A DNA stretch of 64,000 nucleotides from Macrostomum lignano (taxonomy: Eukaryota). Below are positions 10,499-42,039 of this stretch, one piece after another; position 1 is the first letter of the stretch, and every line of letters begins with the position of its first letter. The translations under genes and the position numbers were made by a program. The stretch spans positions 1 to 64,000 of the forward strand of contig NIVC01001520.1 of NCBI GenBank assembly GCA_002269645.1, read 5' to 3'. Below the pieces are notes generated by a model. The model saw nothing but the letters and a program-made list of their open reading frames with translations, searched no databases and was not told the DNA's origin.

Positions 10499-11764
10499 AG
10501 CAGCTAAATAAGTAATGAACTAATTCTAAATCAAATAAGCTCAATCCTAACTAATGATAAACTAATGTTTAAAAATACATTTGACAGCACATCGACATAT
10601 AAATCATACATATGGATTGGGGACACACTCGACATTGTTTCTTTTAATTGTCATCATCGATTTGATAACTTTTTTAATGCTCATGTACTCATCATTAATA
10701 TGCTCAGACTGTATAAAATAGAAAAAGGTACACATATTCCTTGCATGCAATATTTCTTGTCATGCCAATCGGTTCATTGCATGCTGTTTCTTATTACAAT
10801 ACACATATATACGGTCAATATATCGTAGTCATTTCACGTCTGTTCATTTCATTTTACGAGCTCGTAATCAAAACAGTTTGTTCACGCTAATACACAGTTT
10901 TCCGGAATTAGTTCCGCCGGCCGGACCTGTTCACCGTGGCCAGCAGTCGTTGGTCGGCCTCCCCAGTTTTGAAGCGTCTATCCGTCCCAGGCGCCTTTTT
11001 TGCCCAAGCGCCGCCGCTGAAGTCACCCCAAGGCGACCTTTTCGATCTGGGCGTCCCGGACAGGAGGTGGCCTCGCGAGTCCGCTATAGGCCTACTGCCG
11101 CCGGACCTGGCAGCTGGCATCTTTGGATGGAAAAATATTCCGGGTTTGATTATAACGTAAATTATCGAAATCCGTGAAATCTGTAAAACAGGCGCATTGT
11201 TAACTACCTTTGGTGGAGGCTTTGTCAGTATAGGCCTGTACCTTGGCTGATAGGCGTGCTCGTACTAAAATTTTTCGAGATTAAAGTCTTCATAATCAAA
11301 AGTTAAATAGAAAATAGAAATAGAAGATTTAAGTAGGTATTTAGGTTTACCTGATTAGCTGAATAGTTGGCTGCCATTCTCGTTGCAGCACTCTGCTTTT
11401 CAATACAAAACGTTCACGTACTGCACTGTACTCGTTTGCAAAGCAAACGCACGGCGAACTAAAGAGCAGACTGACTATTTACATTTTTAAACTAAGATGA
11501 AAGTTTTTTCCTTTAAAGAAAAGTCAATTAACTGCATTTAACTGGTTACCATAGAAACTGTCGTGATATTTTGTTTTACTTTGTATTTTGTTTAAACGGT
11601 AGCGTTAAAAGAAATAGGCACTGATTTAAAATCTGAGGCATGAAACTGTTTGCCGATTTAAGCTTATCTGGCGATTGCAATAACAGTGTTCATTGAGCCA
11701 CACAATCTTTGATTAATATTCTATGAATAGCTGTAACATACGCTGCGGCAGAAAAACATTCTCC

Positions 11765-30263
<18,499 letters not shown>

Positions 30264-30354
30264 AACTGCGTGCTTGAAGGGATTCGGGAGTTTTACCGAT
30301 ATCAGGAAACTCACTTACATGTAGTTAAATATTTGCTACATGATCCTGCTTTTG

Positions 30355-33300
30355 AAATTATGAGAATGATGATCAGAATGATGGGAATGAGGATCAGGAT
30401 GAAGATGGGAATGAGGATCAGGATGAAGGTGGGAATGAGGATCAGGATGAAGATGGGAATGAGGATCATGATGAGGATGGGAATGAGGATCATGATGAGG
30501 ATGGGAGTGAGGATCATGATGATGATGGGAATGAGGATCAGGATGAGGATGAGGATGGGAGTGAGGATCAGGATGAAGATGGGAATGAGGATCGGGATGA
30601 GGATGGGGATGAGAATTAGGATGAACATGGGAATGAGGATCAGGATGAAGAAGGGAATGAGGATCATGATGAGGATGGGAGTGAGGATCATGATGATGAT
30701 GGGAATGAGGATCATGATGAGGATGAGGATGGGAGTGAGGATCCAGGATGAAGATGGGAATGAGGATCGGGATGAGGATGGGGATGAGAATTAGGATGAA
30801 CATGGGAATGAGGATCAGGATGAAGATGGGAATGAGGATCAGGATGAAGATGGGAATGAGGATCAGGATGAAGATGGGAATGAGGATCAGGATGAAGAAG
30901 GGAATGAGGATCATGATGAGGATGGGAGTGAGGATCATGATGATGATGGGAATGAGGATCAGGATGAGGATGAGGATGGGAGTGAGGATCCAGGATGAAG
31001 ATGGGAATGAGGATCGGGATGAGGATGGGGATGAGAATCAGGATGAAGATGGGAATGAGGATCATGATGAGGATGGGAGTGAGGATCAGGAAGAGGATGA
31101 ACATGGGAATGAGGATCAGGATGAAGATGGGAATGAGGATCAGGATGAAGATGGGAATGAGGATCAGGATGAAGATGGGAATGAGGATTAGGATGAGGAT
31201 GGGAATGAGGATCAGGATCAGGATGAGGATGGGAGTGAGGATCCAGGATGAAGATGGGAATGAGGATCGGGATGAGGATGGGGATGAGAATCAGGATGAA
31301 CATGGGAATGGGGGTCAGGATGAAGATGGGAATGAGGATCAGGATGAGGATGGGAATAAGGATTATGATTCAGATATAGAATTTTAGGATTGGGAGATAG
31401 ATGTGAGAATGAGGATCAGGATGTTGATTGGGATGAGGGTCAGGATGATGATGGGCATGAGGATCAGGATGAAGATGGGAATGAGGATCAGGATGAAGAT
31501 GGGAATGAGGATCATGATGAGGATGGGAGTGAGGATCATGATGATGATGGGAATGAGGATCAGGATGAGGATGAGGATGGGAGTGAGGATCCAGGATGAA
31601 GATGGGAATGAGGATCGGGATGAGGATGGGGATGAGAATTAGGATGAACATGGGAATGAGGATCATGATGAGGATGGGAGTGAGGATCAGGATGAGGATG
31701 AACATGGGAGTGAGGATCATGATGAGGATGGGAATGAGGATCAGGATGAAGATGGGAATGAGGATCATGATGAGGATGGGAGTGAGGATCATGATGATGA
31801 TGGGAATGAGGATCAGGATGAGGATGAGGATGGGAGTGAGGATCCAGGATGAAGATGGGAATGAGGATCGGGATGAGGATGGGGATGAGAATTAGGATGA
31901 ACATGGGAATGAGGATCAGGATGAAGATGGGAATGAGGATCAGGATGAAGATGGGAATGAGGATCAGGATGAAGATGGGAATGAGGATCAGGATGAAGAA
32001 GGGAATGAGGATCATGATGAGGATGGGAGTGAGGATCATGATGATGATGGGAATGAGGATCAGGATGAGGATGAGGATGGGAGTGAGGATCCAGGATGAA
32101 GATGGGAATGAGGATCGGGATGAGGATGGGGATGAGAATCAGGATGAAGATGGGAATGAGGATCATGATGAGGATGGGAGTGAGGATCAGGATGAGGATG
32201 AACATGGGAATGAGGATCAGGATGAAGATGGGAATGAGGATCAGGATGAAGATGGGAATGAGGATCAGGATGAAGATGGGAATGAGGATTAGGATGAGGA
32301 TGGGAATGAGGATCAGGATCAGGATGAGGATGGGAGTGAGGATCCAGGATGAAGATGGGAATGAGGATCGGGATGAGGATGGGGATGAGAATCAGGATGA
32401 ACATGGGAATGGGGGTCAGGATGAAGATGGGAATGAGGATCAGGATGAGGATGGGAATAAGGATTATGATTCAGATATAGAATTTTAGGATTGGGAGATA
32501 GATGTGAGAATGAGGATCAGGATGTTGATTGGGATGAGGGTCAGGATGATGATGGGCATGAGGATCAGGATGAAGATGGGAATGAGGATCAGGATGAAGA
32601 TGGGAATGAGGATCATGATGAGGATGGGAGTGAGGATCATGATGATGATGGGAATGAGGATCAGGATGAGGATGAGGATGGGAGTGAGGATCCAGGATGA
32701 AGATGGGAATGAGGATCGGGATGAGGATGGGGATGAGAATTAGGATGAACATGGGAATGAGGATCACGATGAAGATGGGAATGAGGATCATGATGAGGAT
32801 GGGAGTGAGGATCATGATGATGATGGGAATGAGGATCAGGATGAGGATGAGGATGGGAGTGAGGATCCAGGATGAAGATGGGAATGAGGATCGGGATGAG
32901 GATGGGGATGAGAATCAGGATGAAGATGGGAATGAGGATCATGATGAGGATGGGAGTGAGGATCAGGATGAGGATGAACATGGGAATGAGGATCAGGATG
33001 AAGATGGAATGAGGATCAGGATGAAGATGGGAATGAGGATCAGGATGAAGATGGGAATGAGGATTAGGATGAGGATGGGAATGAGGATCAGGATCAGGAT
33101 GAGGATGGGAGTGAGGATCCAGGATGAAGATGGGAATGAGGATCGGGATGAGGATGGGGATGAGAATCAGGATGAACATGGGAATGGGGGTCAGGATGAA
33201 GATGGGAATGAGGATCAGGATGAGGATGGGAATAAGGATTATGATTCAGATATAGAATTTTAGGATTGGGAGAAAGATGTGAGAATGAGGATCAGGATGT

Positions 33301-33720
33301 TGATTAGGATGAGGGTCAGGATGATGATGGGCATGAGGATCAGGATGAAGATGGGAATGAGGATCAGGATGAAGATGGGAATGAGGATCAGGATGAAGAT
33401 GGGAATGAGGATCAGGATGATGCTGAGAGTAAGGATTATCGTTCAGATATATAATTTTAGGATTGGGAGAAAGATGTGAGAATGAGGATCATGATGTTGA
33501 TGGGGATGAGGATCAAGATAATGATGGGGATGAGGATCAAGATAATGATGGGCATGAGGATCAGGATGAAGATGGGAATGAGGATCAGGATGATGCTGAG
33601 AATAAGGATCCGGACGATGGGAATGAAGATCAGGATGATGATGAGAATAAGGATTATGGTTCAGATATATAATTTTAGGATTGGGAGAAAGATGTGAGAA
33701 TGAGGATCAGAATATAGATG
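30355..33720. repeat. GATGAG/GGGAATGAGGATCAG-rich satellite with a 1101-bp higher-order duplication
   Basis: Identical ORF peptides recur at +1101 (30748/31849, 30959/32060, 31370/32471). The punctuation motif CAGATATAGAATTTTAGGATTGGGAG recurs about five times. Confidence 0.95.
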
Positions 33721-34186
33721 GAAATGCTTCTATGTAGTTTTTAATGAAGATAAATTTTATGTGCAAGCTGAGTGATGAAGTGAAGCAATACCGCATGCCA
33801 TGTTATGCATGGCTATTGAAGTACGTGTTTGCACTTTGTAATTGCAATATCAAAGAAATATGATAGTCTGCGCTTCGTTGCGCAAAGATGGGCCAATTAG
33901 TGAACACTTTCTAATTGCTGGTCATATCCACTTTGATGCTGCTTGCTTGATAACTTATTGCTCCGTTAATTAGCGCATGCTGCTCTGCTGATCAAAGTAT
34001 TGCTGTTTTGTAAATGCTAATATTACTAGTATACAGCAGCACAGCTCCATATGTGAACTGTCGCACTCGAGCTTACCAAGTGCGGCGCCATGCTTGAAGC
34101 AAAAAGCCTGCATGGATTTTTCTTTCACTTTCTTATTGACTTGTGAAACAAAGGGCGATTCGAAGCTTGCTTAGGTCAGAGCGTTA

Positions 34187-34905
34187 GATGGGATGGGATG
34201 GGATGGGATGGGATGGGATGAGATGGGATGGGATGGGATGGGATGGGATGGGATGAGATGGGAGGGAATGGGATGAGAGGAGATGGGATGGGATGGGATG
34301 GGATGGGATAGGATGGAATGGAATGGAATGGAATGGAATGGGATGGAATGAGATGGATGCGATGGGATGGAATGGGAGGGAATGGGATGAGAGGAGATGG
34401 GATGAGATGGGATGGGATGGGATGGGATGCGATGGGATGCGATGGGATGGGATGGGATGGGATGAGATGGGAGGGAATGGGATGAGAGGAGATGGGATGG
34501 GATGGGACGGGATGGGATGGGATGGAATGGAATGGAATGGAATGGAATGGGATGGAATGAGATGGATGCGATGGGATGGAATGGGAGGGAATGGGATGAG
34601 AGGAGATGGGATGAGATGGGATGGGATGGGATGGGATGCGATGGGATGCGATGGGATGGGATGGAATGGGAGGGAATGGGATGAGAGGAGATGGGATGAG
34701 ATGGGATGGGATGGGATGGGAGGGGATAGGATGAGATGGGATGGGATGGGAAAGGATGGGATGAAATGGGATGAGATGGGATGGGAGGGAATGGGATGAG
34801 ATGGGATGGGATGAGATGGAATGTTATATGGAATTGGATGAAAGGATGGGATGGGATGGGATATGATATGATTGGGTGAGATGGGATGAGATGGAATGGG
34901 ATGGG
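34187..34905. repeat. (GGGAT)n/(GGAAT)n pentanucleotide satellite
   Basis: Direct reading. Confidence 0.95.
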
Positions 34906-35225
34906 AGAATTCACAGATAATACTTGAGTTTGTCGGTATTTAGTAATTATAGCTCGTAGATTAAAAAGTACATTGGAATTCAGCGTTTTAGTTAGTTGCC
35001 TTTGTTCGAAGCAATATTGAGTCCACGTGCCCGTTGGCTTAATACAAATAAGCCTAGCAGGGTAACAATTTATGAAACTACAAAAATAAACGGCAAAAAT
35101 ACTTTTTAATAAATCAGAAACATACATTTAATTGTATGTTAAGTGAAGATTTGGCACAATCGCTAACTCGTAGAAATGTATTTCTGCATTTTGGTACTAC
35201 ACAGCATTTTGCAATATTTCTCAGG

Positions 35226-37018
35226 CTAGTTAACTTCATCGTCACTCCTGCCCCAAAAGTACAAAGAGTCGACCGCTGCCTCCCAGCTTGGCTGGCAGAC
35301 CAACTGAACGCAGAGGATGCCAAACTCTGTGACGCTCAGTTCCATCCGCAGGCCGCCGCCGCCAACGACACCGCGGCAGAGGTTCGCCGCTCCAGGACAG
35401 ACGGGCAGCCAGGGCGGCGCGCGGACTGCCAGGCAGGCCAGCCGAGGAGGGCACCACCGGGGCCAGCGGGCCGACACCAGCGGCAACGCCAGCTCGCCTG
35501 GCTGACATCTCGTCGGAGGCACCGACGGGCAGGGCGGAGCTACAGGCGGCGTCGGAATCGACGGCGGCTGCGGCGGCGGCGGAGTCGGTGTCAGTGGAGC
35601 TAGCAGCGGCTCGCAGACGACAGTCTGGCGCTGCGCCGCCGTGCAGTCGTCGATGTAGTCGACGGCAGCAGCGCCATGTTCAACTATAACGCTGACTGTG
35701 CCAGTCGGGCAAGTTGAAACTGTTAGCAAACAGGCCGTTGTTAAGTCGGTGGTGCTGTTGCTGCTGATGCTTGTGGCATTCGCTGCCACTGCTGGAATAT
35801 TGGGATGTGACCCAATTTTCGCTTGTATTTGTACTTTTCTGCGCTTATCTAGGACGGGGTGGACAAGAGGGAGCTGTATCGGATGAGATGAGATGGAATA
35901 GAAGTGATGGAGTTTAAGAGGATAGAGGATAGAATGGTGTGGGATAGTAGTGAAGAAAATAAGATGGATGGGATGCAATGGGATGGGATGGGATGGGATG
36001 GGATGGGATAGGATGGGGATGGGGATGGGATGGGATGGGATGGGATGGGGATGGGATTAGATGGGATAGGATGGGGATGGGGATGGGATGGGATGGGATG
36101 GGATGGGATGGGATGGGATGGGGATTGGATTGGATGGGATTGGATGGGATGGGATGAGATTGGATAGGATGGGATAGAATCTGATAGGATAAGATCGGGG
36201 AATAGAATAAGATAGCCTGTTTAAGTGCCACTAAGCTTTCACGGTGGCCACATGAAAATTTGACGCAAGCCTATTCTCAGCCGCGCAATTAGATACTAAC
36301 CGGAGCCAAATCTGCTTAACTTTCACAATGCAGAGGAATCCTCACCCATCGGGCAGCTGTACACCGGGCAGTCGACCCCGGAGTCCCGGATCAGCCGCTC
36401 CGGCGCCACGTCGGGCCCGCAAACGGGCGGCGGCGGGCAGCGGCTTGTTCGTCGAAGGCGGCTCCGCAGGCGGCACTCGACCAGCAGGCGGCAGCCGGTG
36501 GGCTTCTCAACAGCGAACACCGGCTCGGTGCGGCCGTCCGCCATGCAGGCCGTCGCCGCTTCGTCTGGATCCGGACAGGCGCAGCGCCAGCTCTGACACC
36601 AGCCGGGTCTCCGGCGTTCAAGCACGGTTTTGACTACCTGAGAGCCCGGACAGGTGGCCGACGAGAGGCTGGCCGGTTCCGGACAACCAGTTATCTGATC
36701 CGTAGTCTCCGATTGGCGCTCCTCGGAGGATTCATCGGACAGTTTGACAGCAGCGGCTGCTTCGCAGCGGTACAGCGGACAACCGGTAGGCGGCAGCAGA
36801 GTCAGGCGGAAACCCTCAGCGCAATCGGGCGGCCGGACATTCGCCGGACAGTCACCGCCGAGTCCGGCAAAAGCGATGGCCGGAGACTGTTTTTGAGTCG
36901 CTACAGGTGTCGCCTGCTCACTGATTGACGCTGATAGCGTTGTCAAGGCCGGAGCCGCAGGCAGCAACTGCGGCCATGTCGAAATCAGCAGCAGGAGAAG
37001 AAGATCCAAGCTATGCAT
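35226..37018 (-). CDS. Secreted cysteine-rich repeat protein; predicted exons 37018-36346 and 35848-35226; about 431 aa
   Basis: Signal peptide MHSLDLLLLLLISTWPQLLPA. Seven four-Cys modules, e.g. CPANVRPPDCAEGFRLTLLPPTGCPLYRC, CPPPPVCGPD...DCPVYSC, CPSVPPTRCQPG...WCPPRLAC. Phase-1 donor ATG G|GTGAGG matches the acceptor CCTAG|AT AAG. Confidence 0.68.
35965..36200. repeat. (GGGAT)n tract in the intron of the Cys-rich gene
   Basis: Direct reading. Confidence 0.92.
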
Positions 37019-37774
37019 GCCCTACCTGTGATTTCGTGGCGCCTAATTCAGCGATTTCTGTACATTTCCAGCTAATTGATGTGTTAATTAGATAAGTAAA
37101 GTTGACCAGAGTTTGGGTTGTAAAAATTTCTCAGTTTTGGTTAATTATATCAGAGTAAAGGTTAAAAAGTTTTGAGGCTATAAATATGAAGGGGTGAGGC
37201 GAGAGGGTCGTTTGTGCGACCACTGCAACACAGCTTTTACATGTACAAATGTACAGATTTTTTCGTCGCTTTGTGTACATTGCTTTGTACATGTAGCTTA
37301 GCCTATTTAATATTTTTCTTCACCTGTGTACTGTGTTGTCTGAGTTAGATTGAATAGTCAATTAAAAGTTGGAGCTCACAAAACTGTCATAAAAAGTAGA
37401 GAGAATTGCTCTCACTCGTCGGGCCAGGCCGTAGCCAGGATCCCCATTGGAAGGGGGATCTTTCAGACGTTTGCCATCATTTTTGCCTCCACAGTGGCAG
37501 AACTCTACTAGTACACTCAAGAGAACTGCTGCCCCTTGTCTATAGTCAAAAAGTTTGTTGCTGATCTGTAGGTAAGAGAACGATGGTAAGCCTTGAGCAG
37601 ACATGAGCGGACTAAGTTAATCTTTGATCACCAATGAAACTTTTGTCTTGAGTGTAGCGTTGTCACTCTGGATTAAGTCAACTGCTTTTAAGCTTAAACT
37701 GATTGCAAAGAAGCTATACTTCTTAGAGCAAGAATCTATAATTCATTCTTGAAATGTCTATTGCTTTTGTATTT

Positions 37775-38160
37775 CAAGTTGATAATCAAGCCGATCAAGT
37801 GGAGAGTCGCCATTCGCTGCAGCACTCGGCCATAGACAATAAAGTCAATCAATTTGATAATCAAGCCGATCAAGTGGAGAGTCGCCATTCGCTGCAGCAC
37901 TCGGCCATAGACAATAAAGCTAGTCAAGTTGATAATCAAGCCGATCAAGTGGAGAGTCGCCATTCGCTGCCGCACTCGGCCATAGACAATAAAGCTAGTC
38001 AAGTTGATAATCAAGCCGATCAAGTGGAGAGTCGCCATTCGCTGCCGCACTCGGCCATAGACAATAAAGCTAGTCAAGTTGATAATCAAGCCGATCAATT
38101 GGAGAGTCGCCATTCGCTGCAGCACTCGGCCATAGACAATAAAATCAATCAAGTGGGATA
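37775..38160. repeat. 75-bp tandem repeat, about 5 copies
   Basis: GATAATCAAGCCG at 37781, 37856, 37931, 38006 and 38081. Confidence 0.95.
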
Positions 38161-38879
38161 GCTTGAGACTCCAAGCTGCACTCTCCCACAGACTCAAAGC
38201 CAAGCTAGCTGTTGAAGGCTCTTCAATATCCTCGATCCTCGATATGTACTAATCAGCTCTTCAACTAATTATGTTCATGTTTGTTGAAGGTTGCATAAAA
38301 AAGCATCAAAACACATTAAAATTCCAAGCAGGTGGTAAAACTCGGCGAAAGAATTTTAAAAAAGTTTAAAGACACAGACACAGTTTCGATTGCAATTATT
38401 TTATAATTTAATTATATGAACCTAGAGTGCAATTTATATTAGAAGCGGTGAGGAGAACGTTAGAAAAGCGTCAGTAATAAAGTTAGCAGTTAATATTTCC
38501 TACTTATTAATAATAAGTATGCTGCTTCTTTGCGCGAGTGCACAAGGGTCGCTGGGGACGGGGTGTCCCCCAGGCGCAGAGGGCTTTCTCTAAATCTAAA
38601 TTTCTTCCATTAACAAGCGACTGACTCACGGATTCGCCTCAGCGCCCGGGGAGTTCCACAGAGAAAAAAAAGAGAAAGATCGGTCAAGGTCAGGCGGCTA
38701 GGAGGGGAAGGGGGCTGGCGAAAGAAGTAGCGGCGGCTGCGTCAGGTCGGCAGCCGCTGCGCAGGGCGAAACGGCGGCAGAGTAATAGAAGAGAAAAATG
38801 TATGCGCATGAAAACAGAGTAAGACAGACAGACGCAGACAGAGTCTTCAGGACAGTTTACTGGCCCAGTTAGCCGAAGT

Positions 38880-39350
38880 TTACACCTTCGGCCCGGCCTG
38901 CACCTTCTTGATGAAGTCCTCGTACTTGACGTTGCCGTCGAGGTCTTCGTGCGTGTCGGTGAACTTCATAATCACGTCGACGTCGCTGTCGTCAAGCCGT
39001 TCGCCGTAGCTGGTGAGCACGTGGCGCAGCTCGGCGGCCGAGATGTAGCCCTGGCCTTCGCGATCGAACGTCTTGAAGGCCTCCATGAAATCGGCGAAGG
39101 TGCCCTCCTCCTTGGCCTTCATGACCTCCTGGTAGATCGGCAGGAACTCCTCGAACTTGTAGCCCTTCTCGCCCATCTTCTCCGTGCCGCCGTGCTTCAG
39201 GCAGGTGGCGATGGTCGGGTTCATGCCGACGCAGCGCAGCAGGTCGGCCACCTTGGCGGCGTCGACCTCGCCGTCGCGGCCGTCCCAGAAGTCGAATAGG
39301 TCGAAAACTTCGCGAATATCCTCGATTTCGCCTTTGCTTAGTCCGGCCAT
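38880..39350 (-). CDS. Myosin essential light chain (EF-hand), intronless CDS, 156 aa
   Basis: [34 protein letters not shown]...FEEFLPIY...[25 protein letters not shown]...[19 protein letters not shown] at 39350 (the ORF track extends the frame upstream). Confidence 0.95.
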   Translation of the reverse strand: MAGLSKGEIEDIREVFDLFDFWDGRDGEVDAAKVADLLRCVGMNPTIATCLKHGGTEKMGEKGYKFEEFLPIYQEVMKAKEEGTFADFMEAFKTFDREGQGYISAAELRHVLTSYGERLDDSDVDVIMKFTDTHEDLDGNVKYEDFIKKVQAGPKV

Positions 39351-40189
39351 GTCTAAACTATTCGGGGGAAAAACGGTTGCTGAGGGCTGGGGCGAAGGAC
39401 AAGAGAGCAGCGGTCTGTCTGCCTGGTGGGTCGGTCGAAATAGCGCGAGCGGTCGTGCGGCCTTTTCCCTGGGCAGCCGGGCACGGGGCTTTTTTATCCT
39501 TTTCTCCTTTCGGCCACCGCTGCTGCTGCTGCCCCAAGCCGAGCCATCCTGGCCGCCAATCGATCGAATCTCCCCCTGCTGCACATCCTGCGTTCGCTGC
39601 GTGCGCTGGAATGCAGGCAGGTACGGAGAAACCTAGCTAAGGGGGTTGGCAAATCTTCAAATTAAAATGGCGCGGCCTTCAGACTCTGTCGGGCAGGGGC
39701 TCGTGAAGGACGGGGCGGTTGCCAGGGGGTTGCCTGGCTGTGCAGCTGGACTGCAGGATCAGGGCGGGCCTTGGTAGACAGCTGAATGAAACAGAGAGAA
39801 GGAATCCTATATAGACCGAAATGCCACTGCATTCGATAGTTACTGGGAAGGGAAGGGAATAGAAACCCAGGTGTACTTGCGCTTCCTCTGTCTGTGCAGT
39901 CCGAACACACAGACATGAGGTGTACAAGCCGCATGAAGTCTTTTTCTATCCAGGAAACTTTTCTAAGATTTACTTATTTAGCTAATTTAATTAATTCGTT
40001 TCGATGAGAACTAGCACCGTTTTATTTTATGAGCCTTGCAAGGATTCTTCATTCATGAGGGCGTCGTTTCACTGTCGTTTCACGTAGTGCCACTGTCGGA
40101 ATGATAGCGTCGTTTTCTGTATGATGATGCCATTTTGTGTACGACGGTGCCATTTTCCTTATGATGGTTCCATTTTTTGTATGACGGTG

Positions 40190-40460
40190 ATTGGGCCATT
40201 TTTAGTGATTGTGCCATTTTTAGTGATTGTGCCATTTTCTGTATGATTGTGCCATTTTTAGTGATTGTGCCATTTTCTGTATGATTGTGCCATTTTCTGT
40301 ATGATTGTGCCATTTTCTGTATGATTGCGCCATTTTCTGTATGATTGTGCCATTTCTTGTATGATTGTGCCATTTTCTGTATGATTGTGCCATTTTCTGT
40401 ATGATTGTGCCATTTTCTGTATGATTGTGCCATTTTCTGTATGACAGTGCCATTTTCTTT
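40190..40460. repeat. 20-bp minisatellite (ATGATTGTGCCATTTTCTGT)n
   Basis: About 13 copies between the divergent light-chain and USP genes. Confidence 0.92.
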
Positions 40461-40709
40461 TTGAGAGCGCCGTTTTCTTACCCCCGAGTAGCAGAATCGA
40501 GTCAAGCCCAGAAGTGCGCGTCAGCTATTAGCTAAGCAGCCAATTACCAAATGGAACTTGACTGTCCCGAGCCAAAGGAACAGTGTTCAAGCGGCAGAGA
40601 GCAAGACTGAGAGGGGGTTAAGAGAGCCGGTTGACTCGAGCGGCGCTAGAAATCTGGTTAACGAACAGCTGCAAAAAATAGTTTCTTGGGACGCAAAATT
40701 CGCTAAGCA

Positions 40710-41171
40710 ATGTGCCGAATAATGGTTGCTATGGACGGCAGCGAGCACAGCAATCGAGCCCTGGACTGGCTGGCCGCCAACCTGCTGTCGCCGGAGGATC
40801 TCATTCTAGTCGTCATGGTGGTGGAGCCGCGAGTCGCTCGAAGCTCCAGCCTGACGCCGGCCGAGGCGCCAAAATACTTCTCGGATCGAATGAGCGAAGC
40901 CATGCAGGCCGGCAGGGACATTGTTGACGGCGTGCGCCAGCGCTGCGCCAGTCTTGGCATTCGCAACGAGCTGCAGTTCGTCGAGAAAGTGTCCAGCTCG
41001 CCTGGCGCCGCTATTGTTGAGGCGGCCAACGAGGAGCGAGTTGATCTCATCGTGATGGGGAACCGCGGCCTAGGGAAGCTGCGCCGCACTTTTCTTGGCA
41101 GCGTGTCCGACTATGTGCTGCATCACGCGCATCGGGCGGTTGCTGTGGTGCCGCCTGTGAGGGCTGCCTAG
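40710..41171 (+). CDS. Universal stress protein (UspA family), intronless, 153 aa
   Basis: RIMVAMDGSEHSNRAL...AAIVEAANEERVDLIVMGNRGLGKLRRTFLGSVSDYVLHHA: complete USP fold with the G-x2-G-x9-GS ATP-binding motif. Confidence 0.95.
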   Translation: MCRIMVAMDGSEHSNRALDWLAANLLSPEDLILVVMVVEPRVARSSSLTPAEAPKYFSDRMSEAMQAGRDIVDGVRQRCASLGIRNELQFVEKVSSSPGAAIVEAANEERVDLIVMGNRGLGKLRRTFLGSVSDYVLHHAHRAVAVVPPVRAA

Positions 41172-42039
41172 CAACGGTTCTAGCAACGGCCCTAGCAACC
41201 ATCCTAGCAACAGCCTGACAATATATCAATATTATAAAGTACAATTCACTGTGCGCTCGTATTCCCTAGAGTTTAATCAGTTCACCCGTAATAAAAATTT
41301 AATCAATCGTGATACAAGCTATGATTTGAAATACTCGTATATTAATCAAATCTACAGTAGTTATAGTTTAGTATATAATACTAACAATACTAAATACAAA
41401 ATCAATACAGGTAACTGTTGATTTACACCAATGAAGCCATTTTCGATTCAAAATTTAAACGTGTTTCTTCTCAATTATTGTTTATAACTGAATACCAAGA
41501 TTAAACTAAAGCAATAATATTTATTCGTGTTTGACCTCAAATTTCCTGTCCAATGCTTACATAGTTAGTCAATCAACAGTCTTAGTCACTTCGCACTTTC
41601 CCAATGACACACTGCTGTTTTTCCAGTTTAAACAAAATAAAATACATGCATAATTCGTCACCCAAGGCTGCTGATAAGAAATCAGTATGCAAATAAATTT
41701 CCAAAAAAAGTCGAGCTTCCCAAAGCAGCGCTGCTATTCTGCAATTCAAATTTCGCTCTGAAGGTGGTAAAAATGAACTACAAAAAATACTTAACGACCA
41801 CGTGCGACGAAGTTGTCAAACTTTTTTTCATTTTGTAGAAAACCGCCCCAGTCAAGCCACCCAATCGAACCATTGTGCGCGATAGCAGGAAAGTGTTGCA
41901 GCAGTCAGATAAGCGGCAGATTGTGGCAAAAGAACACTGAAAAATAAGAAGATAAAAGCGGCGAAAATTAAGTGGAGAAAACGTGCAACAGGTTTCTCGG
42001 GTCGAACTGCTTTAGCTTTGAATTGCTCAACTCGCTGAC

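Noticed and set aside
11127-11417. Alternative signal-peptide exons (11127-11156 + 11367-11417)
   Set aside because: Possible in phase, but 11765-11857 gives a complete signal peptide with a consensus GTAAGT donor; no transcript evidence is available to support the alternative.
30270-33697. Acidic DEDGNED or His/Pro-rich biomineralisation-type protein
   Set aside because: Frames shift every few hundred bases and all six frames give low-complexity peptides; it is better explained as satellite.
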